A stretch of 64,000 nt of DNA, from assembly GCA_965262915.1 (NCBI GenBank), contig OZ253564.1, forward strand, positions 3,200,001 through 3,264,000, in the 5' to 3' direction. Positions 54,555-64,000 of this stretch are shown in pieces; within the stretch, counting starts at the first letter, position 1; each line of letters begins with the position of its first letter. The notes beneath the pieces are model-generated. The model had not been told where the DNA came from, made no database searches, and worked only from the letters and a program-made list of their open reading frames with translations. Source of the stretch: Candidatus Spongiisociaceae bacterium (GTDB lineage Bacteria > Actinomycetota > Acidimicrobiia > Spongiisociales > Spongiisociaceae). The translations under genes and the position numbers were made by a program.

Positions 54555-55325
54555 TCACCAGATGCTCCAACCGCCGTCCACCACCAGGTTGTGGCCGTTG
54601 ACGAATCCCGAGCCTTCCGCCGACAGGAACACCACCGCGGTGACGAAGTCTTCGGGAGTGCCGTTGCGCCCGACCGGGGTGTGGTCGGCGTTGCGGGCAC
54701 GGACTGCCACGCCCTCCTCGTCCGGCTCGGACCAAGAGATCATCCCGGGGCTGAGGGCGTTCACGGTCACTCCTGTCGTACCCAGCTGGCAGGCAACGTA
54801 TCTGGTGAGGCCGACGACGCCGTGCTTGGCGGCTGTGTACGCACCGGCGCCGCCCCGCGCAGCGGCCGACCTGCGGTCCTGGCCGAGGATACCGTAGATG
54901 GACGACACGTTGATGATCCGTCCGAATCCGCGCGCAGCCATCTTGGGGCTCAGTAGATGGATGAGACGCATGGACGCCACCGTGTTGATCTCGTAGGTCC
55001 CCCGCCAGTCGTCGGGGGATTGCTCCGGCCACGGCTTGATAAAGGGATCACCGCCCGCGTTGTTCACCAAAATGTCGATGTGCTCGGGAATCCGGTCGAG
55101 CTCCTCGTACAACGAATCAACGGTGAGATCGCCCACGATGTAGCGATGCTCAGGGCCGAGGGTCGAGAAGGTCTCGGCAAGCGCATCGGCGCTCCGGGCG
55201 ATGCTGATGACCGTGGCGCCGTGCCCGGCGAGCCCGTGCACGAGTGTCCGACCCAGGCCGTATCCACCCCCGGTTACGAGGGCTGTCCTCCCCGAGAGGT
55301 CGAACATGTTGGTCCTGACATCCAT
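54555..55325 (-). CDS. SDR oxidoreductase
   Basis: TGGGYGLG, NNAG, YTAAK, NALSPG. Confidence 0.92.
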   Translation of the reverse strand: MDVRTNMFDLSGRTALVTGGGYGLGRTLVHGLAGHGATVISIARSADALAETFSTLGPEHRYIVGDLTVDSLYEELDRIPEHIDILVNNAGGDPFIKPWPEQSPDDWRGTYEINTVASMRLIHLLSPKMAARGFGRIINVSSIYGILGQDRRSAAARGGAGAYTAAKHGVVGLTRYVACQLGTTGVTVNALSPGMISWSEPDEEGVAVRARNADHTPVGRNGTPEDFVTAVVFLSAEGSGFVNGHNLVVDGGWSIW

Positions 55326-55506
55326 CTCGACACTGCTCCTTCTTGTGGATCGACCGTGGGTTGGCCCTCGGTCCTAGGTGGCCTGGGTTTCCATACCGTC
55401 TCGCTCGAATGCTCGCTCTGGACAAACTACGTTTATCGCAGCGCGGGGTACCCAGAACCTAGTTGAAGTCGGCCAGGCATGTGCCGACAAGAGGGTGCGC
55501 GGCAGG

Positions 55507-55771
55507 CTGATCAGCAACACCGGATAGGACGTGGTCACGTCTTCCTGGATTCGACCCCCGAGGAGTGGTGCCGGCTCATCGACATCAACTTGGTTGGTCG
55601 GCTGCACATACACCATGGCGTCCTCGCTAGCATCGTGGCACGGGACATCGGCGGGTAGTTCGCCGTCGCCTCAGACGCAGTCGGGCGTCAGCCTCTCAGG
55701 CGGGCAGGTTCGGCCTCTCGAAGACCCCGGCCCGGATTCGCGGCAGGGCCGGGATCACCTTCAATGCCGTG
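55507..55771 (+). pseudogene. Decayed SDR (BadH-like) remnant
   Basis: LISNTG*DV..FLDSTPEEWCRLIDINLVG.LH.HH.VL...ASDA...GITFNAV, with stops and frameshifts. Confidence 0.6.
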
Positions 55772-55789
55772 GGGTGCCGGCACGTAAGT

Positions 55790-56566
55790 TCACGCCTTGA
55801 GGCTGACGGTCCGTGCGGATTGGACGAGTGCGGCCGTGTACGGATCGGACGGACTGCTGAGCACCTTGGTCATGGGACCGGCTTCGATGATACGGCCTTC
55901 CTTCATGACGATGACCTGCTCGCAGATCCTGCTGATGACCGCCAAGTCGTGCGAGACCATGACCAGGGTCAGACCGAGCTCCGCTCGAATGTCCATGAGC
56001 AGGTTGAGCACCTGGGCCTGGACGGACACGTCCAGGGCGCTGGTCGGCTCGTCGGCGTAGAGAACCTCCGGACCGACCGACAGGGCGCGGGCAACCCCGA
56101 CCCGCTGCAGCTGCCCGCCGGACAACTGATGCGGGAAACGCGGGAGGACCTCGTCGGTCAAACCCACTCGTTCGAGCCAACCGATAAGCTCGTCGTCGGA
56201 GGGTGCGCGGCGCTCGATTGCCCTTACCGGCTGGCTCAACGATCGGCGGATGCTCATTCGTGGATCGAGGGACCGCCGGGGACTCTGGAACACGATCTGG
56301 TTGCGACGACGGAGTTCCCTGGGACGCCGCGCCAGCCACTCCGTGAGCTCCAGTCCATCGAAGATGACCTCTCCTTCCTGACGGATCAGAAGACCACACA
56401 GGATACGTACCAGCGTCGACTTCCCCGAACCCGACTCCCCGACGATGCCGACCGACGATGCCCTTTCGATCGACAGGTCCATGTCCTTGAGTGTCCACGG
56501 GAGGGCGCCGCGCCCCCGCACGCTCGGGTACCGGAAGTGCAGTCCGCGGACCTCAACGAGCGGCAT
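55790..56566 (-). CDS. Peptide/nickel ABC ATP-binding protein
   Basis: [25 protein letters not shown]. Confidence 0.92.
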   Translation of the reverse strand: MPLVEVRGLHFRYPSVRGRGALPWTLKDMDLSIERASSVGIVGESGSGKSTLVRILCGLLIRQEGEVIFDGLELTEWLARRPRELRRRNQIVFQSPRRSLDPRMSIRRSLSQPVRAIERRAPSDDELIGWLERVGLTDEVLPRFPHQLSGGQLQRVGVARALSVGPEVLYADEPTSALDVSVQAQVLNLLMDIRAELGLTLVMVSHDLAVISRICEQVIVMKEGRIIEAGPMTKVLSSPSDPYTAALVQSARTVSLKA

Positions 56567-57551
56567 CGATGGCTCCTCGGGTAGCGGCGATGCGCTCGGT
56601 CGGGTTCCAACATTTGAAGATGTGGCCACTGGCCGCCACCGAGATCTCAGGTGGTTGTGCGCACGCCTCGATCTCCGAGGTGCACCGGCCCCGGAATCGG
56701 CAACCGGACGGGAACTTGCCGAGTGCCGGCACCGAGCCTCGGATGACTTCAAGCCGCTGGTTTACAACCTCGCCGAGATGTTCGTCGGCTGCGATCCCCG
56801 GATTGGCGGACACCAACGCCTGGGTGTACCGGTGGCGCGGATGCCCGATGACTCGTTCGGCCGGACCGAACTCCACCATCTGGCCACCGTAAACGACGCC
56901 GACCACCTCGCTGATTGCCTGGACGACACCGAGGTCATGACTGACGAACAGCAGGCCCATGTTGCGCGAGGTGCTCAGTTCGCGCAGCAGCGAAAGGATC
57001 CCGTTCTGTACCGTGACGTCCAGCGCCGTCGTCGGCTCGTCGGCGATGAGCAGCTTGGGATCGCACGCGATCGCGATCGCGATTAGGACACGCTGCTGCT
57101 GGCCACCCGACAACTGGTGCGGGTACCGGCGCAGCAGCGCTTCGGCTTCGGGCAGCTGAACCTGGGTGAGCAGGTCGAGGACGTGCGCTCGCAGCTGGTT
57201 CCGGGGCAGATCCATGTGCAGGCGGATCGCCTCGGCGACCTGCCGGCCGATGCGCATCATGGGATTGAGCGCCTTGGCCGGATCCTGAAAGACCACGCCG
57301 ATCTCGCGGCCGCGTACCTCGGCAAGCTGGCGGTCGGTCAATCCGACCATCTCCCGTCCGTTGAAGCGGATTGACCCCGACACAACGGCTTCATTGGGTT
57401 GCAGGCCGACGATGCTCATGGCCGTCATCGTCTTGCCCGACCCGGACTCACCCACGATCCCCAGGCGCGTACCGGACGGGACGGTCAGCTGTTCGATTTC
57501 GACGATGGCGTGGCGACCGATGGTCACGTTGAGGTCGTGGATCTCGAGCAT
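56553..57551 (-). CDS. Peptide/nickel ABC ATP-binding protein with C-terminal Cys cluster
   Basis: GESGSGKT, YPHQLSGG, DEPTTALD, GCRFRGRC. Confidence 0.92.
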   Translation of the reverse strand: MLEIHDLNVTIGRHAIVEIEQLTVPSGTRLGIVGESGSGKTMTAMSIVGLQPNEAVVSGSIRFNGREMVGLTDRQLAEVRGREIGVVFQDPAKALNPMMRIGRQVAEAIRLHMDLPRNQLRAHVLDLLTQVQLPEAEALLRRYPHQLSGGQQQRVLIAIAIACDPKLLIADEPTTALDVTVQNGILSLLRELSTSRNMGLLFVSHDLGVVQAISEVVGVVYGGQMVEFGPAERVIGHPRHRYTQALVSANPGIAADEHLGEVVNQRLEVIRGSVPALGKFPSGCRFRGRCTSEIEACAQPPEISVAASGHIFKCWNPTERIAATRGAIDAAR

Positions 57552-58507
57552 CAAATGAGTCCCGAACGGGTAGCCTGCTGCGGATCGAGGATGGTACGCA
57601 GCCCGTCGCCGAGGAGGTTGAACCCGAGGACGGTCAGCACGATCGCCACACCCGGGAAGAACATCAGGGTCGGCGCCGCCTCGAGCAGGGGCTGCGACTC
57701 CTGCAGCAGCCGTCCCCAGGACGCTGTTGGTGGCTGAGCGCCTATACCGAGAAAGGCCAGTGCCGCTTCGATAAGGATTGCGGCGGCGAACATCACCGAT
57801 CCCAACACGATCAGCAGCGGGGCGATGTTGGGGGTGACGTGGTGTAAGAGCACGTACCACTTGGTGCGACCGTAGGCGTAGGCGGCCTCCACGAAGTCGA
57901 GCGCAAGGATCTGGCGGGCGGGACCGATCGTCACCCGAGCGGCGATGGGTATGAACCAGAAGATGATCGCCACGATCGCCGCCTGGTTACCGGGGCCGGT
58001 CGAGGTCGCCAGCACCAGCGCGATCAAGATACCCGGGAGGGCCACTCCGACATCGATCAGCCGGGACAGGGCGTTGCGCCACCGAGAGCCGGCGCCGGCG
58101 GTCAGCAGCCCGAGCAGCGCGCCGACGACAATCGCCACCGACGTCGACAGCAAGCTGACGAACAGGGAATTGCGGGCACCCACCATGAGTTGGCTGACGA
58201 CATCACGGCCGAACTTGTCGGTGCCGAACATATACCCGGGGCTGCCGGGTGGCAGCAGCCGGTCGACCACGACCAACACATTGGGGTCGTAGGGCGTCCA
58301 CACGAACGAGACGGTCGCAACGAACAGGAACGATCCGACGAGAATCGCGCCGATGATCAGCGGCAGGGGAAGCCGACGAGTGCGGCGCCACAGACTCGGC
58401 CTGTCGGGGGGCTCGGTGAAGTCCGTGTTAACCAGCAGGTCGGAGGTCGGCTCACCACGACCGGGACTTGATGTGCGGGGTGCGGGCCGTCCGGGTTCGT
58501 CACGCAA
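57551..58507 (-). CDS. Peptide/nickel ABC permease (DppC-like)
   Basis: FGTDKFGRD, FVEAA, LAFLGIG, SWG, NLLGDGLR. Confidence 0.92.
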   Translation of the reverse strand: MRDEPGRPAPRTSSPGRGEPTSDLLVNTDFTEPPDRPSLWRRTRRLPLPLIIGAILVGSFLFVATVSFVWTPYDPNVLVVVDRLLPPGSPGYMFGTDKFGRDVVSQLMVGARNSLFVSLLSTSVAIVVGALLGLLTAGAGSRWRNALSRLIDVGVALPGILIALVLATSTGPGNQAAIVAIIFWFIPIAARVTIGPARQILALDFVEAAYAYGRTKWYVLLHHVTPNIAPLLIVLGSVMFAAAILIEAALAFLGIGAQPPTASWGRLLQESQPLLEAAPTLMFFPGVAIVLTVLGFNLLGDGLRTILDPQQATRSGLI

Positions 58508-59465
58508 TGGCCTCACCTCCCTGGCTATCACGAATCCTCGGATCGATCAGGACGTAGGCGATGTCCATCAGGAAGTTCATCACCAGGATCATCAACAGGA
58601 TGACCAGGATGAGCGACTGCACGACGATCACCTCACGCCCTAGCACCGACGTGACCAGCAGGCGTCCGATGCCCGGGATGACGAACACATTCTCGATCAC
58701 CACCGTTCCGGCCATGAGCGCTCCGAGTTGCAGGGTACCGACGGTCACCAGCGACACCGACGCGTTGCGTACGCCGTGGACGAGAGCTGCCCCGCGGCGG
58801 GTGCGGCCCTTGGCCATCGCGGTGCGAATGAAGTCCTCGCCCATCACGTCGAGCATCGCCGAGCGGACATAACGGGTCAGCACCGACGTGATCCCGAGCG
58901 ACAGGGCGAGTGTCGGCATCACGAGGCGCTGTATGGACTCGCCCAGGTCGTCGAACGGTGATGTGTAGCCGCCGGTCGGCAGCCATCCGAGTTGGATCCC
59001 GAAGACCACCACCATGAGGAGCCCCGCCCAGAACGCCGGAACTGCGATACCGATCTGGCTCATCACATCGACGACACCACCACGAACTCTCTTGACGTGA
59101 ATGGCCGAGAACGTCCCGAGCACGAGAGCAGCAGGAATAGAGATGAGCAGCGAACCGAACGCTAGGAGGGTCGTCGGGCCGAGTCGACGCAGGACCTCGT
59201 CGTAGATGTCGAACCGTGCGGAGTAGGACGTCCCGAGGTCTCCGGTGAACACCCCGACAAGCCAATCAAAGTACTGCACGTACCACGCAGCATTCAGGCC
59301 CAACTCCTCCTGCAGGGCCTCGAGGGCCCCGGGGGTCGCGTACTGGCCCAGGATGATGTGCGCGACGTTGCCGCCGATGGAGCGCAACAAGCCGAAGACG
59401 ACCAAGGATCCGAGCACCGCGGCAAGGGCCAGAGACACGACGGACCTGACGATCACCCGCGCCAC
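58500..59465 (-). CDS. Peptide/nickel ABC permease (DppB-like)
   Basis: GDLGTS, PAFW, FIRTAMAKG, ENVF.PGIG, DPRIR. Confidence 0.92.
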   Translation of the reverse strand: MARVIVRSVVSLALAAVLGSLVVFGLLRSIGGNVAHIILGQYATPGALEALQEELGLNAAWYVQYFDWLVGVFTGDLGTSYSARFDIYDEVLRRLGPTTLLAFGSLLISIPAALVLGTFSAIHVKRVRGGVVDVMSQIGIAVPAFWAGLLMVVVFGIQLGWLPTGGYTSPFDDLGESIQRLVMPTLALSLGITSVLTRYVRSAMLDVMGEDFIRTAMAKGRTRRGAALVHGVRNASVSLVTVGTLQLGALMAGTVVIENVFVIPGIGRLLVTSVLGREVIVVQSLILVILLMILVMNFLMDIAYVLIDPRIRDSQGGEAIA

Positions 59466-59548
59466 TCGAACCTCCCTCTAACAAACAGACGTCGGTTCCG
59501 GCTCACCTCAAGGGCACCGGGCGCCAGTCGGATGTCGGTAGGAAACTC

Positions 59549-59582
59549 GGTGGGGTCCGCCATCAAAATGGCGGACCCCACC
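59549..59582. terminator. Perfect 15-bp stem-loop between the binding-protein and permease genes
   Basis: GGTGGGGTCCGCCAT-CAAA-ATGGCGGACCCCACC; no U-tract, so more likely an mRNA stabiliser or attenuator. Confidence 0.7.
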
Positions 59583-59632
59583 CGGACTTAGTGATCGGGC
59601 TCAACTCTCGCAGAGAGAGCTCCGGCGCAACG

Positions 59633-61294
59633 TCAGCCCGCCCAACGCATGTCGCCCACGTAGATGTGGATGTCCGGAAGGCGGTGCTGCTTGATCCCGA
59701 GCAGATCCGAACGGTAGAGCACCGGGACGTTCGGCTTCTTGGTCGCGAAGATCCACCCCTGATCGGCGACGTAGTCGTGCAGAGCGCGCTGCGCAGCGAC
59801 GTAGTCGTCATAGTCGGACTGGGCCTCGACTGCGGCTATCAACTCATCCATGCCTTCGTCGCAGAACGCCTGGTTGCCTCTACCGAACTGCTGCCGGCCT
59901 CGATCGCACCCGTAGTTGACAAGTGGCGCACCACTGGTGATCTGGAATACCTGGTATTGACCCTGCGTATTGACCTGATCCAACCACGTGGCGAGGTCCA
60001 GGCTCCGCAACTCGATCGTGACACCGATCTCAGCCATTTCTGCCTGGAAGACCTGGGCCATCACGGTATGCCACGCGACATTGGCGAATGGGAAGTCCAA
60101 CACCAACTCGCCCGGTCCGAAACCGGCCTCTGCAAGGAGCTCAACTGCCTTAGCGGGGTCGTAGGGATACGGACAGTAATCCGAGTCCCACGCTATCCCT
60201 GAAGGTACCGCCATCGAACATGATGGGGTGGCCGTCCCGGCCGTCGCCGCATCGATGTGCGCCGTCCGGTTGTGTCCGTGCTGGATCGCCTGGCGCACGC
60301 GGGGGTCCTGGAATTCCGGCACATTCGTGTCCAGCAACCAGTACGAGACCTCGGTGCCGGGAAGGAGTACGAGTTCGATACCGTCGTTTTCTCCGGACAC
60401 GGCGAACACCCGGTCCATGCCCTCAGCGATCACCGAGGCGACCATGTCGAGCTCTCCGCCGAGCAGAGCATTGATCGCCGCGGTCTCATCGGGGATGAAC
60501 CGCTGGATCACCGTCTCGAAGAAGGGCTTGTCTCCCCAGTAGTCCTCGAAACGAGTCATAGTCAGGTCCTGGTCGATCCTGTATTCGGCGAACACGTACG
60601 GGCCGGTACCGATCACCGTTGTAGCGGCGTCGTTGTCCTCGAAGAAGTTCTCCGGGACCATGATCCCGGCACGATCCGCCATGGTGTTGACGAACGTCAG
60701 GCTCGGCGCGTTGAGGGTCACCTCAACCGCATGGTCTCCCGCCGCCTGGACGGCCGCGACCGAGCCGTAGGGTCCCGCCGTCCTATCGACACTGGCTTGA
60801 CCGTTCGCGTTCATCGAATACACAACGTCGGCTGAGGTGAAATCGGATCCATCGTGGAATTTGACGCCCTGACGCAAGTCGAAGGTGACGGTGAGACCGT
60901 CGGTGCTGACGTCCCACGACTCGGCCAGCACCGGGACCAAGGAGCCGTCCGCCTCTAGTCGAACGAGCGTCTCCCAGACGTTCAGCAGCAAGGGTGCGGT
61001 GACTGCGGTCAGTCCGGTCTCGGTGTAGTCCCAGTTCGGCGGCTCCTGCGAGTAGGAGTAGGTCAGAGTCGTGCCGCGTGGGTCCTCAGGCTCTGGTGGG
61101 GGCGCCTCCGTTGTTGCGGTTGTTTCTGCCGGAGTCGCCGTTGTGCTCGGTGCCTCTGCCGCTGTCGTAGCTGGAGCCGCCGTAGTAGTGGTCGCAGCGT
61201 CCCCCTCATCGTCGCTGCCACAGGCAGCCGCCACCAACGTAAACGCGATTAGCAGCAGCGCCACCTTCGAATGTTTCTTGCGCAAATACCTCAC
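59633..61294 (-). CDS. Family-5 ABC substrate-binding lipoprotein
   Basis: AAAC lipobox, T/A linker, LRQGVKFHDG, GTGPY, DPRVRQAI, YDPAKA. Confidence 0.92.
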   Translation of the reverse strand: MRYLRKKHSKVALLLIAFTLVAAACGSDDEGDAATTTTAAPATTAAEAPSTTATPAETTATTEAPPPEPEDPRGTTLTYSYSQEPPNWDYTETGLTAVTAPLLLNVWETLVRLEADGSLVPVLAESWDVSTDGLTVTFDLRQGVKFHDGSDFTSADVVYSMNANGQASVDRTAGPYGSVAAVQAAGDHAVEVTLNAPSLTFVNTMADRAGIMVPENFFEDNDAATTVIGTGPYVFAEYRIDQDLTMTRFEDYWGDKPFFETVIQRFIPDETAAINALLGGELDMVASVIAEGMDRVFAVSGENDGIELVLLPGTEVSYWLLDTNVPEFQDPRVRQAIQHGHNRTAHIDAATAGTATPSCSMAVPSGIAWDSDYCPYPYDPAKAVELLAEAGFGPGELVLDFPFANVAWHTVMAQVFQAEMAEIGVTIELRSLDLATWLDQVNTQGQYQVFQITSGAPLVNYGCDRGRQQFGRGNQAFCDEGMDELIAAVEAQSDYDDYVAAQRALHDYVADQGWIFATKKPNVPVLYRSDLLGIKQHRLPDIHIYVGDMRWAG

Positions 61295-61430
61295 TATGCA
61301 GCCTCCCTCGCAGGCCAGTTCGTTACTGCAATCTGCTCGCAGCACCGGCCAGAACTTTTATGAACGATAGACCCCGCTTCAGTACCGGGCAAGCGAGTTC
61401 GAAATGGCTTTGAAGCTATGCGGACACGGT

Positions 61431-61751
61431 TCAGAGCCGTTCGCCCGGTTCCGTCTCCCACCACAAGTCGATGACATCCAACTCATCGGCGAGCACCACG
61501 TCCCTGTCGAAGGCACGTGCGACGGCAGCAAGCACTCGACACTCGGACTCCGCTCCCTCCAACCTCGGCCCACGGTGCACGAGAACCAGCCTCTCGACAC
61601 CGGCGTCACCAGCCATCAACGCGGTGCGCGCCGTTCCGGTCTGACCCGGCGCCTCGCCACATTCGTCCATGGTCGCTTGGTGATCCCAACACATGCTCAC
61701 CAACGTCGTGGCACCGACCTGGCCTTTCTCCCAGCGGTGACCGGGCCCCAT
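61431..61751 (-). pseudogene. C-terminal remnant of an RNase Z-like/MBL-fold hydrolase
   Basis: MCWD...AGVERLVLVH...VVLADEL tail; the N-terminal HxHxDH half is missing. Confidence 0.5.
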
Positions 61752-62083
61752 GGCGTCGCTCCCTCCGGAACCACAGGGAGCGACGGCTGGGAGGGCTTCG
61801 CCGGGCTCTTATAGACGACGGCAATCGGTGGCCGGAGCCAATACAATGGCGATGCTCTTGAAGAGACCTGGGATCGTTCGATTACAAAGCGGACGCATCC
61901 GGTCACCGTGTCTGCGTACTCCCGGCGTGTACGACCGCCTGCTGTCATGCAGCGGATTCGGATCGTGTGCCGGGTTTTCCGAGTATCGGGAGACCACGAC
62001 TTCGGCGAGAGCGTCGGCACGGGCCGGCACAGCTGTGGCGAGCTTCGGCCGGTTCGGTCTGACATCTCGAAAGGAAACACAGC

Positions 62084-63175
62084 ATGCTGATCACAGCTCC
62101 AGTACTCATCAGACCAGGCGAGCCGATGCAGATGCTCGATCTAGAACTCGACGACCCCGGGTATGGCGAGGTCCGGGTCAAGATGGCGGCCACTGGCGTC
62201 TGTCATAGCTGTCTTCATGCCGCCGATGGGTCCCACACCGGCATTCCGATGCCGATCGTGCTAGGCGACGAAGGGTCGGGAGTCGTCGATGCCGTGGGAG
62301 AGGGCTGCAAGTCGCTGGCGCCCGGCGACCATGTCATCATCTCCTGGGCACCCGATTGCGGAGCCTGCAAATACTGCGCTCTCGGGTTCCCCGCACTGTG
62401 TCTCAACACGCCCCCGACCGGCAAGATGGGGGACGGTACAACCCGCTTCCATCACGACGGCTCAGACGTTCACCACTATGGACCTGCGACATACGGCCCT
62501 CAGATCATCGTGTCCGAGGCGGCTGCGGTACGGATCCCCGGGGATTTCCCGCTCGACCTGGCCGCCCTGATCGGGTGTTCGGTGACTACGGGCTTCGGGG
62601 CGGTGGTGAACACGGCGGCGGTCAGAGCAGGTCAGAGTGTTGCGGTGTTCGGCTGTGGGGGCGTTGGACTCAATGCCGTCCAGGGCGCCGCGGTCACGGG
62701 GGCGTACCCGATCATCGGTATTGATGTACTCGACTCCAAGCTCGACCTGGCTCGCCATTTCGGCGCCACCCACACGATCAACCCGGCAAAGCATGACGTC
62801 GTGGCAGAGGTCCTCGAGCTCACCGGCCACGGAGTAGATGCGAGCATCGTCGCGGTCGGTAACACTACAGCCATGAAGCAAGGCCTCGAGATCCTCGCCA
62901 AGCAGGGGGTGGAGGTGGTGGTGGGTCTGCCGGGTACCGGAGAGACCTTCGCCGCGGATCCGTTCCTCCTCATGACCGGTGAACGTCGGATCCTCGGGTC
63001 CCGCTACGGCAGCAGCAATCCGATGGTTGAGTTCCCGAAGATGATCGAGTTGTCGAGGGCCGGGCTGCTGAGAATCGACGAACTGATCACCAAACGATAC
63101 GACCTCGACGAGGCCGACGAGGCGTTCCGGGCGTTGGCGGCCGGCGAGCAGGCACGTGGGTTGATCGTCTTCTGA
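62084..63175 (+). CDS. Zn-dependent alcohol dehydrogenase
   Basis: CHS, GDEG (GHE variant), CGACKYC..C, GCGGVG; RBS AAAGGA. Confidence 0.92.
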   Translation: MLITAPVLIRPGEPMQMLDLELDDPGYGEVRVKMAATGVCHSCLHAADGSHTGIPMPIVLGDEGSGVVDAVGEGCKSLAPGDHVIISWAPDCGACKYCALGFPALCLNTPPTGKMGDGTTRFHHDGSDVHHYGPATYGPQIIVSEAAAVRIPGDFPLDLAALIGCSVTTGFGAVVNTAAVRAGQSVAVFGCGGVGLNAVQGAAVTGAYPIIGIDVLDSKLDLARHFGATHTINPAKHDVVAEVLELTGHGVDASIVAVGNTTAMKQGLEILAKQGVEVVVGLPGTGETFAADPFLLMTGERRILGSRYGSSNPMVEFPKMIELSRAGLLRIDELITKRYDLDEADEAFRALAAGEQARGLIVF

Positions 63176-63220
63176 TCCAGGAGGCGGTCCAGAGTTCGAG
63201 CCCGACGGGAAGGGATGCAC

Positions 63221-64000
63221 ATGGACAGATCCGAGCGGATCCTGGTCGCCCTTATCCGGCAGGAAAGTAATAGCTTCGTGCCGGGATCGACAACGCTGGC
63301 CGACTTCGAGATGAACGGTATAGCTACCGGCGCGGCGGTCCTCGAACGGGTCGGCAACCGCGAGGTCGACGGATACCTCGACGCCGCCGAGGAACTCGGC
63401 GGCGAACTCATCCCGTTGCTCGACGCCAAGGCGCAGTCTGGGCCACCTCTGGACGACGCCACCTTCGAGCACGTCGTCGGCGAGGTCTGTGATGGCATCC
63501 GCGAGCACCGTGACACTATCGACGGAGTGATGTTGGGCCTCCACGGCGCCATGGTCACTGAGAGTCTCGACGATGCGGACGGTGAGATTCTCGCCCGGGT
63601 ACGTGCGATCGTGGGCCGAGATGTCCCCGTAGCGGCCACATTCGATCTTCACACCCATATGACCCGGCGAATGGGCGAGCTGGCCGACATCGTGGTGGGC
63701 TACCAGACGTGCCCACACGTGGATCTGCGCCGCACCGGCACGGTGGCGATGCAGATCCTGATACGGACGATCAGGGGAGAGGTGGATCCGGTCGTATCGC
63801 AGCGCAAGATCCGGATGATGACCTCCTCGGAAACCCACGACGACCGGCTGTTCCCCAACCGGGAGGTGATCGCCGCCCTCCACGAGGCCGAGACGGACCC
63901 CCGAGTCCTGGCGGCGACCGTGTTCTGCACCCAGCCCTGGCTGGACATCCCCGAGCTGGGGTGGACCGTGGTCGTGGTGACCGACGATGACGCAGCCCTG
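63221..64000 (+). CDS. M81/MlrC-family metallohydrolase 3 (partial, runs off the window end)
   Basis: Manual translation: MDRSERILVALIRQESNSF...LHGAM...FDLHTH...CPHVD...QPWLDI. Confidence 0.9.
   Translation, partial: MDRSERILVALIRQESNSFVPGSTTLADFEMNGIATGAAVLERVGNREVDGYLDAAEELGGELIPLLDAKAQSGPPLDDATFEHVVGEVCDGIREHRDTIDGVMLGLHGAMVTESLDDADGEILARVRAIVGRDVPVAATFDLHTHMTRRMGELADIVVGYQTCPHVDLRRTGTVAMQILIRTIRGEVDPVVSQRKIRMMTSSETHDDRLFPNREVIAALHEAETDPRVLAATVFCTQPWLDIPELGWTVVVVTDDDAAL

Noticed and set aside
62462-63883. 473-aa - strand ORF (likewise 8761-10029, 22104-23390, 50895-51953 and others)
   Set aside because: Opposite clearly recognisable genes; long shadow ORFs are expected at this GC content.
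39503-64000. Microcystin degradation (mlr) cluster
   Set aside because: Only MlrC-family genes are present; no recognisable MlrA, MlrB or MlrD.

Overview
High-GC actinobacterial DNA, probably Acidimicrobiia-like (inferred from gene content and protein style). The window has three zones. (1) 1-17 kb is core/housekeeping: a partial lipoprotein, a radical SAM gene whose apparent TGA stop reads through as a C-U-A-E-P selenocysteine tail followed by a SECIS-like hairpin, an SSADH, a phosphomannomutase, two secreted hypotheticals, a DadA-like dehydrogenase, an S2P protease, a phosphotransferase, a YczE-type membrane protein, gap plus a deleted gap paralog, a ferredoxin and aroK. (2) 17-33 kb is a mobile-element graveyard. 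A ~1,870-aa FN3/HExxH/cadherin/SLH surface-protein gene is split by IS1380 (exact CTTAG duplication) and fused in-frame to a truncated IS630. Next to it is a fully resolvable nest, IS1182[ISL3 + IS3[IS30]], at a CTAG shared with the IS630 and IS982 ends, then several MITEs and a tRNA-Ala 3' fragment (att-like). (3) 33-64 kb is a large catabolic island: two ABC systems (one binding protein has a near-perfect 747-bp internal duplication), three MlrC/M81 hydrolases, a D-aminoacylase, a PLP D-amino-acid deaminase, mannonate dehydratase, a lactonase, five intact SDRs, an aminotransferase, a PhyH dioxygenase and a Zn-ADH. It looks like an undescribed N-acyl amino-sugar(-acid) degradation system. Many intergenic gaps hold collapsed 'ghost' genes. 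The IS elements examined show a G/T-rich-left, C/A-rich-right gradient regardless of coding strand. All assignments come from reading motifs by eye; no searches were run.
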